DNA from: Malacoraja senta | Lineage: Eukaryota | NCBI GenBank assembly: GCA_038087875.1 | Contig: CM075996.1 | Span: 1,614,001 to 1,678,000 of the forward strand | Direction of reading: 5' to 3' | Length of the DNA stretch: 64,000 nt | Part shown: positions 10,857 through 23,339 of the stretch, in pieces | Layout: each line of letters opens with the position of its first letter | Position numbering within the stretch: position 1 is the stretch's first letter | Position numbers and translations under genes: made by a program | Notes under the pieces: model-generated | Seen by the model: only the letters and a program-made list of their open reading frames with translations | The model's database searches: none | Told to the model about the DNA's origin: nothing

Positions 10857-12449
10857 GTGAGTAGAGCCCACAGCGCCAGAGACCCCGGGTTCGACCCCGA
10901 CTACGGGTGCTCGTCTGTACGGAGTTTGTACATTCTCCCTGTGACCCGTGTGGGTTTTCTCTGGGTGCTCCGGTTTCCTCCCACACTCCAAAGACGTGCA
11001 GGCTTGTAGGTTAATTGGCTTCTGTAAATCGTCCTTAGTGTGTGGGATAGTACAGAGTGTTTGCTGATTGGCATGGACTTGATGGACCGAAGGGCCTGTT
11101 ACCTTTTTTGCCCGAATGGTCTCCACCCTCCTTAGTTCAACTCCAACCCCCCCACGCCAGGTCTCCCACCCCCCTTAGTTCTCGACGGCCCTTCGCCCCC
11201 CCTTTGTCCTCAGCGATATAGGATTGCAAGGGTCTTTTTCCACAGACGCCCCTTTTTAATCAGTCCCAACCCTTTATTTTTTCCCCCTGCGCGCTCTCAT
11301 TTTGTGTGTGCGTCCCACTCACTGTATTTGCCTCTTGGCTTTTTGCCCCAGTATTTTTTTCTCGTTTTCATGGAAGAGCGCACATCATTGGCTCTTCCTG
11401 TAAATATTATTCATGATTTTGCACAAATGTTTCATGCCTTAATAAGAGAAGACAGGAACAAATAAATTGTGGAAACAATTGAGTGGCCGCGGGTGAATAA
11501 GCTTCTAGTTTCCTCCACAACCATCGAAGTTGTTGCCAAGACCTGAAGGGTAACCATTGAAGATTGCAAACTGACAAGTCCCTACCATCTTTGTGCATCT
11601 TGCTGTTGACATGCTGCGAAGAAGTATCCAGATGAAAAGTTATCTCCAGAGAACATTGGTAAGTCTAGTCAAGGTCCAAGTTGTCTAAGGCCCAAGAGGG
11701 TTGCCGTGCCAACCGCAGCGGAGAACAGTAACTCCGTGCCGCGGAGAGAGATTTTCACCGGCAAACTATTCAAGCTCGACAATAATGTGCCTGGAATGTA
11801 ATTGGTGTTTTGCAAAGGGCTCCGGGAGGAAGAGTCAATGACGTGTGTTCTTTCATGAAAACGAGAGGCAGAATTAAAAAAAACACAGGGGCAAAAAAAA
11901 CCCAACAACAGTGAGTGGGACGCACAGCACCAGTGACCCAGGGTCGATCCTGACAATAGACAATAGGTGCAGGAGTAGGCCATTCGGCCCTTCGAGCCAG
12001 CACCGCCATTCAATGTGATCATGGCTGATCATCCCCAATCAGTACCCCGTTCCTGCCTTCTCCCCATATCCCCTGACTCCGCTATATCTTTAAGAGCCCT
12101 ATCTAGCTCTCTCTTGAAAGTATCCAGAGAACCGGCCTCCACTGCCCTCTGAGGCAGAGAATTCCACTGACCACGGGCGCTACCTGGGTGGAAGGTTTAT
12201 AGAATGTGCTGCCAGGGGTGGTGGTGGAGGCCGATACGATAAGAGGCTTTTGGTTGGGCACATTGAAATGCAAGGAATGAAAGGATATTGATCATGCGCA
12301 GGCAGAGAAAATTAGTTTATCTTGGCATTATTGAGTTTTTTGTTGGTTTAGAGAAACATTGCAGAGACAGGCCCTTCAGCCCAATGAGTGTGCATCGACC
12401 AACAACCCATGTACAGTAAAACTATCCTTCACGCTGGGAACAGTTTACA

Positions 12450-12632
12450 AAGGGGTATAAATATGTCTGATTGAACATTACCTCTGTGTGTGGGGCTAGA
12501 GTGAACGTATAGTCTGTATATTACACACTGTAAGAGTTTGCTGCCACACCCGCCTGGCGAAATAAAGATTTTGCTACTTGATTACTAATTTTATTGCGTT
12601 TTTGTCTGTTTGAAGTGAACCGAACCGTAACA
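12450..12632 (+). mobile_element. 3' part of an LTR-like sequence inserted in a SINE remnant
   Basis: Contains TATAAA and AATAAA, ends in TAACA, and is flanked by the 22-bp direct repeat TTCACGCTGGGAACAGTTTACA (12428-12449 and 12639-12660). Confidence 0.5.
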
Positions 12633-13069
12633 CTCCTTTTCACGCTGGGAACAGTTTACAGCCATAGCCAATTACCTACAGTCTTTGGAGTGTGGGAGGA
12701 AACCGGAGCTCCCGGAGAAAACCCACGCAGGTCACGGGGAGAAGGTACAAACTCCGTACAGACAGCACCCGTAGTCAGGATCGAACCCGGGTCTCTGGCG
12801 CTGTGAGGCAGCAACTCTACCGCTGCACAGCCATGCCAGCCCAATGCACTTTTCAGCGTTCTGTATTCTATGTTCTACAAGTATTGAGAAACAGTCACTT
12901 TATTTTATACATATAGAGTATCAGAGCCATACTGCATGGAAACAGGCTCTTTGGCCCAACACTGTTGATACCAATCAAGATACCCCATCTACACTTGTTC
13001 CATTTGGCCCTTATCCCTCTAAACCTCTCCTTTCCATCTACCTGTCCACGGGTCTTCTAAGCGACGAAG

Positions 13070-13640
13070 ATAGACCCAAAATACTGGAGTAACTCAGCGG
13101 GACAGGCAGCATCTCTGGAGAGAAGGAATGTGTGACGTTTTGGGTCGAGACCCTTCTTCAGACTGAGAGTCAGGGGGAGAGGGTGACACAGAGATATGGA
13201 AGGGTAAGGTGTGAAAACAAGAGAGCAAAGGGGACGAAGTTCAAGGAGAATAGATCATTGTTAGCTCGGGGAAGGTGACAACAAGGGATACAAAGATAAA
13301 CTTGAATCAGAAGGACAAATATTGTACCTGCTTCAACTAGCCCCGGCATTCCCTCTCTCTCTATCCCTCCCCCACCCAAGTTGCACTAGCTTCTCGTTCT
13401 CACCCAGCAAACAGCTACCAATGGCCTGTTGCCTTTACCATCGTTACTTTTTTGCCTATCTTCCATTCATTGTTCTTTATCTCTCTACATCACCGTCTAT
13501 ATCTCTCATTTCCCTTTTCCCTAACCAGTCTGAAGAAGGGTCTCGACCCAAAACTTCACCCATTCCTTCTCTCCAGAGATGCTGCCTGTCCCGCTGAGTT
13601 ACTCCAGCATTTTCCAGCACCTGCAGTTCCTTCCTACACA
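13070..13640. mobile_element. Head-to-head inverted pair of Penelope-like terminal repeats with mutated hammerhead cores
   Basis: Minus copy ~13070-13320 and plus copy ~13335-13640; both cores read CTGAAGAAGGGTCTCGACCC-AAAA. Confidence 0.75.
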
Positions 13641-14174
13641 AACCTCCTCTGGCAGCTCGTTCTTGTTTGTGCAGAAGTTTTTTTTGTTTAATCCTCCATC
13701 TAACGTTTTGTTTTATCCTCCATCTATTTTGCGGTCACCCTTTGCTAGTTCCCCAAATCTCCCCAAATCTCTCTGGCGTTCAGCTGCATTTGCCAGCATT
13801 CTGCACCACCTCCTTAAACCTAATACTATCTTTACCTTCCCTTATTAGTCATGGCCGGGCCAGGTCTCCTGAGGGATTTCATTCCCAAAGGAAGTGTGTG
13901 CCTTGTTACGCGCCACAAGTTATATCTTTAAGTGAGAAGAAAGGGACTGTAAGCTTGTGTGAAGAGAATGCCAGTGGATTTACTATCGGTCGACAACAGC
14001 CCAAAGGAATGGATTTGGACAATTCAGCATTTTAAGAAATCTGTTTAAAATGAGAGATGACTACTACCCAATTTGACTTTACAACACGGCTAAGGTCAAA
14101 GCCTTGAAGCGGTGAGGGTTTTTGAGAATAACTAATGACAGATTGCATTGAGCTGAAGTTATCTTTTTTTCTGT

Positions 14175-14646
14175 GTTCCCTGGGATGGCGGGACTGTCAT
14201 ATGAGGACAGATTGAAAAGACGAGGCTTGTATTCACTGGAGTTTAGAAGGGTGAGGGGGTGATCTTGTAGAAACATATAAAATTATAAAAGGACTGGACA
14301 AGCTAGATGCAGGAAAAGTGTTCCCAATGTGGGACGAGTCCAGAACCAGGGGCCACAGTCTTAGAATAAAGGGGAGGCCATTTAAGACTGAAGTGAGAAA
14401 AAACGTTTTCACCCAGAGAGTTGTGAATTTGTGGAATTCCCTGCCACAGTGGGCAGTGGAGGCCAAATCACTGGATGGATTTAAGAGAGAGTTAGATAGA
14501 GCTCTAGGGGCTGGTGGAGTCAAGGGATATGGGGAGAAGGCAGGCACGGGTTATTGATTGGGGACAATCAGCCATGATCACAATGAATGGCGGTGCTGGC
14601 TCAAAGGGCCGAATGGCCACCTCCTGCACCTATTTTCTATGTTTCA
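14175..14646 (+). mobile_element. CR1 LINE 3' fragment
   Basis: SRTRGHSLRIKGRPFKTEVRKNVFTQRVVNLWNSLP followed by the CR1 3' UTR. Confidence 0.93.
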
Positions 14647-14744
14647 TTCAGGAGCCTGTGTTGTAGTATCCACTATCAGCGTGCATTAAGGAGGATGCTA
14701 TGATGCTGGTCTTCAGATGCCTCTCTCCCATCCTGCATCTGTAA

Positions 14745-15395
14745 CGAAGGGTATGTTAGCATTCATAGCAAAAGGATTTGAGTATAGGAGCAGGGAGGTT
14801 CTACTGCAGTTGTACAGGGTCTTGGTGAGGCCACACCTGGAGTATTGCGTACAGTTTTGGTCACCAAATCTGAGGAAAGACCTTCTTGCCATAGAGGGAG
14901 TACAGAGAAGGTTCACCAAACTGATTCCTGGGATGGCAGCACTTTCATATGAAGAAAGACTGGATAGACTTGGCTTGTACTCGCTAGAATTTAGAAGATT
15001 GAGGGGGGATCTTATAGAAACGTACAAAATTCTTAAGGGGTTGGACAGGCTAGATGCAGGAAGATTGCTCCCGATGTTGGGGAAGTCCAGAACAAGGGGT
15101 CACAGTTTAAGGATAAGGGGGAAGTCTTTTAGGACCGAGATGAGAAAATCATTTTTCACACAGAGAGTGGTGAATCTCTGCAATTCTCTGCCACAGAAGG
15201 TAGTTGAGGACAGTTCATTGGCTATATTTAAGAGGGAGTTAGATGTGGCCCTTGTGGCTAAAGGGATCAGGGGGTATGGAGAGAAGGCAGGTACAGGATA
15301 CTGAGTTGGATGATCAGCCATGATCATATTGAATGGCGGTGCAGGCTCGAAGGGCCGAATGGCCTACTCCTGCACCTATTTTCTATTTTCTATGT
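14745..15395 (+). mobile_element. CR1 LINE 3' fragment (same subfamily as 7335-8046)
   Basis: ORF 14717-15304 is nearly identical to ORF 7321-7956. Confidence 0.95.
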
Positions 15396-15974
15396 TCAAG
15401 AAGGAACTGCAGGTGCTGGAAAATCTTCAGACTGAAGTGAAGGTGGGGTGGGGGGGGCGGGGCTCTTCATCTTCTCCATGACTTCCGTTTTCCAGGCCCC
15501 CATTCCCTCATCTTCACCATGGATGTCCAGTCACGCTACACCTCCAACCCCCACCAGGAGGGTCTTAAAGCCCTCCGTTTCTTCCTCGACCGCAGAACCA
15601 ACCAATAAACACTTCTCACTTTTGTCTCTGAAGAAGGGTCTTGATCCGAAACATCACCGGTTGTTTTTTTAGGGAGATGCTGCCTGTCCCGTTGTGTTAC
15701 TCCAGCATTTAATGTCAATCTTCGGTATAAACCAGCATCTGCCGGTTCCTTCTTACACTTTTCGCTCTGGTATTGTATTTAATTCACATGTTTAATCAAT
15801 AATGTTTTATTATTAATGTTTTATGTGTCATTCCTAACTGTCACTGTATCTCATGTTGTCACCTGCGGGCGGAGCACCAAGGCAAATTCCTTGTATGTGA
15901 ATACTTGACCAATAAACTTATTCATTCATTCAGATCAGTGCAGCACTGGAACAGGTTCTTCGGACCAGAGTCAG

Positions 15975-16263
15975 GGGCGGCGCGGCGGTAGAATTGCTGC
16001 CTTACATCGCCAGAGACCCTGGTTCGATCCTGAGTAATGTTGCTGTCTGTGCGGAGTTTGACTGCGTGGGTTTTCTCCGGGTGCTCCGGTTTCCTCCCAC
16101 ACTCCAGGTTTGTAGGTTTTGGTAATTGCCTTCGGTAAAATTGTAAATTGTCCCCAGTGTGTGTAGGATAGTGTTAGTGTGTGGTTTGATCGCCGGTCGG
16201 CGAGGACTCGGTGGGCCGAAGGGCCTGTTTCCCTGCTGTATCTCTAAAGTCGAAAGTCTAAAG
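15975..16263 (+). mobile_element. HE1/V-SINE-type SINE
   Basis: B box GGTTCGATCC, V domain and tail GGGCCGAAGGGCCTGTTTCC. Confidence 0.85.
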
Positions 16264-16286
16264 ATGTGAACGGGACGTGAACTCAC

Positions 16287-16635
16287 CTCCCGTTCACGTC
16301 CTGGGAAAGTGTCCTGAAGTCAGCTCGGGAAGCGGGACACGGCGACCTGGGTGCCCGGGGGGGGGGGGGGGGGCGGCGGGGCGTCTGGTGAAGAGGGCGG
16401 GCGGTGCGTTTGCTGTGGCCGCGGGCGGGCGGCGGTGTTGGTGGAGGTGGTCCGCAGGAGGCCCTACGGCAGCCGGACATCTCCATCAGAAGGACAACAC
16501 GGAGAGAGATGGTCTCATGAGGTTTAGCGGGTAATCATGCCAGACTGCGCTACTGTGAAGGCTGAGACGAGCGCTGAGGATGAAGGGCACGCTGAATGTG
16601 CTATTGATTTTTCCAAGCTGATATCTGTGGGCTCC
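16287..16635 (-). other. Candidate exon, GC/CpG-rich, probably largely untranslated
   Basis: Minus-strand acceptor TTCCTTTTCTTTCCTGTAG| and donor GGGAG|GTGAGT. All three frames from the acceptor hit stops; an ATG-initiated frame (16486) runs to the donor. Confidence 0.35.
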
Positions 16636-16926
16636 CTACAGGAAAGAAAAGGAATAAGTGATCTGAGTGTGTGTGTGTGTGTGAGAAGCCCTCTGCTGTA
16701 GACTAATCATCTCTGGAACGGTGCAGAGAGTACTGCAGTAACAGCGGTACAGCGGTATGCGTTACAAACTGCAGTAAATACTGGCAGCTGCTGGTAACCT
16801 CCACTGATGTTAACTCTACACTCTTCAATACAGCCATCCAGTGGGTACACTGTTGTTAGCCTGAGGCCGTGCAGAAGAGGTGCTGCTTTTTGGACAGGAT
16901 ATCATGTTGTTGAGAAAGGGAATGCA

Positions 16927-17340
16927 GATACACAAAAATGCTGGAGAAACTCAGCGGGTGCAGCAGCATCTATGGAGCGAAGGAAATAGGCAATGTTTCG
17001 GGCCACCCCACCCCCCTTCTTCAGACTGATGGGGGGGGGGGTGGGGGAGAAGAAAGGAAAAAGGCGGAGGAGGAGCCCGAGGGCTGAGGGATGGGAGGAG
17101 ACAGCCCGAGGGCTGAGGAAGGGGAGGAGACAGCAAGGGCTAGCAAAATTGGGAGAATTCAATGTTCATGCCCCCAGGATGTAGATTGCCCAAGCGGAAT
17201 ATGAGGTGCATTTCCTCCAATTTCCGGTGTTGCTCGCTCTGGCCATGGAGGAGACCCAAGACAGAGAGGTCGGATACGGAATGGGAGGGGGAGTTGAAGT
17301 GCTGAGCCACCGGGAGGTCTGGTTGGTTATTGCGGACCGA
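16927..17340 (-). mobile_element. Penelope-like element 3' remnant (GIY-YIG C-terminus and terminal repeat)
   Basis: Reverse complement matches 42000-42400. The hammerhead stem II is altered. Confidence 0.88.
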
Positions 17341-17430
17341 GTATGCAGATGCTGGTTTACACCGAAGATAGCCACAAAGTGCTGGAGTAACTCAGCTGGG
17401 TCAGGAGCAAATGTGGGCATAGGGGACTAA

Positions 17431-17819
17431 AGCCCCTGTCCCACTTAGGAGGCCTAAACAGCAACCTCTGGTGACCTTGCCCGCCACCCAAAAAAAATCA
17501 AGATGGAGGTGACCTGCAACCTCCTACCACCTCCCACACATATGTTGAAAACCTTCCTCGACTGTGAAGAAAACCGGCTTCGACTAGACCTGCGACTAAA
17601 AAATTATCGATTTTTAAAACGGCAACCTATTTTTAGTCGAGGCCGGTTTAAATCATGATGAAAAAATATCAGCAACCTAGATGAAGCCTCGACCACGCAG
17701 AAACCACTTTCGACCATTAGGGAGAGTGACCAAAACCTCCAGTGACCTCATGGAAACCTTGGGTGGCGGGCAAGGTCACCAGAGGTTGCTGTTTAGGTCT
17801 CCTAAGTGGGACAGGGGCT
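17431..17819. mobile_element. 389-bp MITE, PIF/Harbinger-like
   Basis: 61-bp TIRs AGCCCCTGTCCCACTTAGGAG...CCGCCACCCAA with one mismatch. Flanks are TAA and TGA (TWA-like target, imperfect TSD). Confidence 0.88.
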
Positions 17820-18262
17820 TGACTCAGCATGTAAGTCAGCACCGGTGAGTTGGGCTGAAGGGCCTGTTTCCATGCTGTATGACTCTATGAGTAGTGTTCC
17901 AGGCCCTGTCTTAGTTGACTGACTACCCCTTGTGGCATCAGTAGCAAGACACTTATTGCTTGGGTTATTGCAGGAGAAACAGAGGAAGGAACAGGATTAA
18001 GGCAGGTCAGACTGTAAATGATCATGGCTGAACATCCAACCTTAACTTAACCAACTCCCTAATTCCCTCCAGCTCAAAGAACCTTCCAGAATGCATTTAA
18101 ATAATGTCTTTAATGAATTGGCTTCAAGGTGGGTCGTGCTGGAGATTTCCTCTCTAACATTAGCTCAGATTTTTCCCTCTCTGCCTCCGTTGTTTAATCC
18201 CAGAGCCACACTGCATGTGAACAGGCCCCAGGGTCCCACGGCCCACCTTGTCTTTGCACCTG

Positions 18263-18459
18263 GTTTCATGCTAAGTCTTTTCAATATCTTGGTGGTGCAG
18301 CGGTAGAGTTGCTGCCTCACAGCACCAGAGACCCGGGTTCCATCCTGAATTTGAATGGAGGATGAAATCAAATTCAGGATGGAACCCGGGTCTCTGGTGC
18401 TGTGAGGCAGCAACTATACCGCTGCACCACCAAGATATTGAAAAGACTTAGCATGAAAC
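18263..18459. repeat. 92-bp-arm inverted duplication (13-bp spacer) of a SINE head plus flank
   Basis: 18263-18354 is the reverse complement of 18368-18459 with one mismatch. Confidence 0.95.
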
Positions 18460-18611
18460 GGAATTTGTACGTTTTCCCCCGTGACCTGCGTTGGTTTTCT
18501 CCGAGATCTTCAGTTTCTCCCACACTCCAAAGACGTGCAGGTTTGTAGATTAGTTGGCTTGGTATAAAAATGTAAAATTATCCCAATTGTGCGTAGGATA
18601 GTATTAGTGTG

Positions 18612-18833
18612 CCTGACCCGCTGAGTTACTCCAGCACTCTGTGAAACGTCACCTATCCATGTTCTCCACAGATGCTGCCTGACCCACTGAGTTACTCCAG
18701 CACTCTGTGAAACGTTACCTATTCATGTTCTCCACAGATGCTGCCTGACCCGCTGAGTTACTCCAGCACTCTGTGAAACGTCACCTATCCATGTTCTCCA
18801 CAGATGCTGCCTGACCCCCTGAGTTACTCCAGC
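18612..18833 (+). repeat. 66-bp Penelope-derived tandem array (~3 units)
   Basis: Reverse complement of the unit at 421-486. Confidence 0.88.
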
Positions 18834-19236
18834 ACTTATTCCTCCCTCTCTCTCTTCGGCTGCTACCTGGCTGGGTGAGTTTTTTTCTGCATCGTCTCAG
18901 AGGGTTAATTACGTTCAGTCAGTGAACATCCACATTCACGGACTTTATCTTATTTGTTCAATTCTCTGTTGCTCTAATGGGGAGCAGATATTATTTCTTG
19001 CTAACACTGCTTTAGAAGATTAAAATAAAAATAAAAAATTGATGTAAACAGATCTTTCCAGGGAGTTGTTGGTGTAAAGCAAAAAGAACAAAAAACAAGA
19101 GGCTGTATTTTTAGAAAAGAAACAGAGAATATATTTTTTTCTCTTTTGAGTTAAAAATGGAATCTATAATTTTTCTTCCGAGCCGCCCAGTCATTGGTAC
19201 ACCCAGTCCTTCACAGGGACGAGTACTGCTGATACT

Positions 19237-19250
19237 GTTGCCTTGGTAAC
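19237..19250. promoter_or_regulatory. RFX X-box-like motif in unique sequence
   Basis: GTTGCCTTGGTAAC fits the consensus GTNRCC-N0-3-RGYAAC. Confidence 0.35.
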
Positions 19251-19697
19251 CGCAGGCCCCAAGTGGCTGAGAGCATCATGACTGAGGATTTATCTTATTT
19301 CTGTGCCATGGTTTGCTCTGGAATATCTTAACCCTCTCTTCCCTTCTGTTATGTCGGGAGCGAGGTGCTGCAAGGAATTATTTGTTGTGGAATTCTCTGC
19401 CACAGAAGGCAGTGAAGGGCCAATTCACTGGATGTATTCAGGAGAGAGTTGGATATAGCTCTTAAACCCGCACGTCTTTGGGATGTGCACTATCTTAGAG
19501 ATAACGGAATCAAGGGATATGGGGAAAAAGCAGGAACGGGGTACTGATTTGCTCCTACTCAAATCCTCTCTCTATGAAGGTTGAATAGATATGAACACTA
19601 TGAAGGATGAAGGAAGATTGAATGGCGGAGTAGACTCGATGGGCAGAATGGCCTAATTCTACTCCTGTAACTTGTGAACTTGTGAAGAGTCCGAACC

Positions 19698-20025
19698 TGA
19701 AACATAGCCTATCCATGTCCTCCAGAGATGTTGCCTGACCCGCTGAGTTACTCCAGCACTCTGTGAAACGTCACCTATCCATGTCCTCCAGAGATGTTGC
19801 CTGACCCGCTGAGTTACTCCAGCACTCTGTGAAACGTCACCTATCCATGTCCTCCAGAGATGTTGCCTGGCCCGCTGAGTTACTCCAGCACTCTGTGAAA
19901 CGTCACCTATCCATGTCCTCCAGAGATGTTGCCTGGCCCGCTGAGTTACTCCAGCACTCTGTGAAACGTCACCTATCCATGTCCTCCAGAGATGTTGCCT
20001 GGCCCGCTGAGTTACTCCAGCACTT
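19698..20025 (+). repeat. 66-bp Penelope-derived tandem array (5 units, array-specific variant)
   Basis: All units share CCATGTCCTCCAGAGATGTTGCC. Confidence 0.9.
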
Positions 20026-20309
20026 TGTGTTTTTTTTTCAATTAAATAACAATTGGATAGATATATAAATTGGGTTTGGAGGGATCTGGGCTGAGTTCAG
20101 GCAATTGGGTTTAAGTTTCGAGTTTATTGTCATGTGCAAGTATAGAGTGGTACAGGGACAACAAAGACCTTGCTGGCAGCAGCACCTCAGGCATCTAGAC
20201 AGTGACTCATGGCTTTTCTTTATTTACTCAGTCAAAAACTGTTTCTCTCACTCTGCGTCAAGAGTCATATATTCCTGCAAACCATGATATTAAAGTCTTG
20301 TCCCACCTC

Positions 20310-20545
20310 GGTCATTCCTTCTTCTCCCCGCTCCCGTCCGGCAGAAGGTACAGAAGCTTGAAAGCGCGCACCACCAGACTCAGGAACAGCTTCTTCCCCT
20401 CTGTTATCAGGCTTCTGAACGGTCCTTCCATAAGCTGGGGTACTGTCCGATTCACCTCCACCCCATTGCGGACATTGGACTTTGTCTCTGGAACTGATGC
20501 GCTACAATGCTGAGAACTATATTCTGCACTCCGTATCTTCCCAAA
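20310..20545 (+). mobile_element. Rex1/Babar-type LINE 3' fragment
   Basis: FSPLPSGRRYRSLKARTTRLRNSFFPSVIRLLN. Confidence 0.8.
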
Positions 20546-20554
20546 GAGACACAA

Positions 20555-20745
20555 AATGCTGGAGTAACTCAGCGGGTCAGGCAGCATCTCTGGAGAACAT
20601 GGTTAGGTGACATTTCACAGAGTGCTGGAGGAACTCAGCGGGTCAGGCAGCATCTGTGGAGAACATGGATAGGTGACGTTTCACAGAGTGCTGGAGTAAC
20701 TCAGCGGGTCAGGCAGCATCTGTGGAGAACATGGATAGGTGATGT
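20555..20745 (-). repeat. 66-bp Penelope-derived tandem array (3 units)
   Basis: Same unit as at 421. Confidence 0.88.
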
Positions 20746-20969
20746 TTTGTGTCGAGATCTTTCCCTCAGACTCTGAATCCTCACCCTTTGCTGACTCTAT
20801 TGTACTTGAGTTTGAATTTATAGAAACAGGCCCCTCGGCCTACTGAGGATGCACCGACCAGCGATCCCCGCACATTAACACTATCCTACACACACTAGGG
20901 ACAATTTACAATTTACCGGCCAATTAACCTACAAACCTGTACGTCTTTGGAGAAAACCCACGCAGGTCA

Positions 20970-21443
20970 CAAGGTTAATTCCCGGGATGGCGGGACTGTC
21001 ATATGCTGAGAGAATGGAGCAGCTGGGCTTGTACACTCTGGAGTTTAGAAGGATGAGAGGGAATCTTATTGAAACATATAAGATTGTTAAGGGTTTGGAC
21101 ACGCTAGAGGCAGGAAACATGTTCCTGATGTTGGGGGAGTCCAGAACCAGGGGCCACAGTTTAAGAATAAGGAGTAAACCATTTAGAACGGAGACGAGGA
21201 AACACTTTTTCTCACAGAGAGTGGTGAGTCTGTGGAATTCTCTGCCTCAGAGGGTGGTGGAGGCAGGTTCTCTGGATGCTTTCAAGAGAGAGCTAGATAG
21301 GGCTCTTAAAAATAGCGGAGTCAGGGGATATGGGGAGAAGGCAGGAACGGGGTACTGATTGGGGATGATCAGCCATGATCACATTGAATGGCGGTGCTGG
21401 CTTGAAGGGCCAAATGGCCTACTCCTGCACCTATTGTCTATTG
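20970..21443 (+). mobile_element. CR1 LINE 3' fragment inserted in a SINE
   Basis: ORF 20987-21358 carries CR1 C-terminal motifs and a (CTATTGT)n tail. SINE halves lie on both sides. Confidence 0.92.
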
Positions 21444-22364
21444 TCACGAGGAGAACGTACAAACTTCATGCCGACAGCACCCATAGTCGGTCTCGAACCC
21501 GGGTCTCTGGCGCTGTACGGTAGTGTCACATTGGTGCCCCTTTAATATTTCAGCTGCGAAAAGGCACCTCCTAGACTCTTCCACTAGTGGAAACATCCTC
21601 TCCACATCCACTCTATCCCACCTCATTCTTCTAAACTCTAGCGAGTACAGGCCCAGTGCCGACAAACGCTCATCCTAGGTGAACCCACTCATTCCTGGGA
21701 TCATTCTCGTAAACCTCCTCTGGACCCTTTCCCCAGAGCCAGCACATCCTTCCCCAGATATGGTGCCCAAAATTGCTCACAATAATCGCGGACAGTCGGC
21801 AATAACAGACACCATTCCCCTCCCAGTAGTTTGTTATAACGAGGGATTACTGTACCTCAGTACACGTAACGATTAGAACAAACCTAAACCTAAACTCCGC
21901 CAAGCGCCATCTTGCTGAGTAACCTGGTGTTGAACCATTGCCCTAGCCTGCCCTGAGTGTGGGAGGGAATGGGTTAAACCACAGATAATGCTGGGTGCTG
22001 ATGCCAGCCACTTTGCTATTAAAATCTCTTTATGCTGACGTAGGAATTTAGTACTGAAGTCTATTTTTATGTCAGGCCGTATCTCTAATTAAACGTTATT
22101 TTAATTAAGCCATTATTTTTTTTGCATCTTCCCCCATGTTATTTGCATGCATGACATTTTGCTTGGTATTGTACTTGTCTCTGCTAATTACTAATTAGAC
22201 TCTGGCCAGCTCTCTCTCTCAGCTGAACTGCCACTGGGCTCTTATTAATGATGGGGGAGTGGGCAGATGTGCAAGAAAATATAATAGTGGATTTATTTAA
22301 TTTACTTTCCTACTGTTATTCCACAAAAGGCCAAGATACATTCTGGATACTTATAACCTTGTTT

Positions 22365-22790
22365 GTCGGCGCTGGGCCTGTACTCGCTGGAGTTTAGAAG
22401 AATGAGGGGGGGACCTCATTGAAGTGTACAGAATAGTGAAAGTCCTGGATAGAGTGGATGTGGAGAGGATGTTTCCACTAGTGGGAGAGTCTAGGTCACA
22501 GTCTCAAAATTAAAGGACGCTCTTTTAGGAAGGAGATGAGGAGAAATTTCTTTAGCCAGAGGGTGGTGAATCTGCGGAACTCATTGCCACAGAAGGCTGT
22601 GGAGGCCAAGTCAGTGGATATTTTTAAGGCAGAGATAGATAGATTCTTGATTAGTACGGGTGTCAGAGGTTATGGGGAGAAGGCAGGAGAATGGGGTTAG
22701 GAGGGAGAGATGGATCAGCCATGATTGCATGGCGGAGTAGACTTGATGGGCCGAATGGCCTACTTCTGCTGCTGTCACTTATGACCTTGT
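22365..22790 (+). mobile_element. CR1 LINE 3' fragment
   Basis: LGLYSLEFRRMRG-coding segment followed by the CR1 3' UTR. Confidence 0.9.
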
Positions 22791-22964
22791 GATCTTGTGC
22801 AGAGCACAGATACGGCAATGCCCAGTCACAGTAAACACTGTGGGTATCAGTCTATTGGCAGGAGAGTTTGTGCTGGAGTAGAGGATTCTACAACTGGAGA
22901 GCTAGTGTCAAGATTACTTAGTTGTCATCTGTACTGACAACAGTACAATCAAATTGGCCAAGTC

Positions 22965-23287
22965 TTGTTTAGCTTAGTTTCATTTAATTTAGAAATACAG
23001 TGCTGAAACAGGCCCTCTGGCCCACCGAGTCCGCGCCGACCAGCGATCCCCGCACATTAACGCTGTCCTACACACACTGGGGACAATTTACATTTACACC
23101 AAGCTAATTATCCTACAAACCCGCACGTCTTTGGAGTGTGGGAGGAAACCGGATATCCAGGAGAAAACCCACGCAGGTCACGGGGAGAACATACAAACTC
23201 CGTACAGACAGCACCCGTAGTCAGGATAGAAGCCGGGTCTCTGGCGCTGTAAGGCAGCAGCTCTACCACTGCTCCACCGTGTCGCCC
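22965..23287 (-). mobile_element. Full-length HE1/V-SINE-type SINE
   Basis: tRNA-like head, V domain and LINE tail on the minus strand. Confidence 0.9.
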
Positions 23288-23339
23288 TAAAGTTATTGGG
23301 TATTTTTAAGGCGGAGATTGATAGATTCCATAGTAATGC

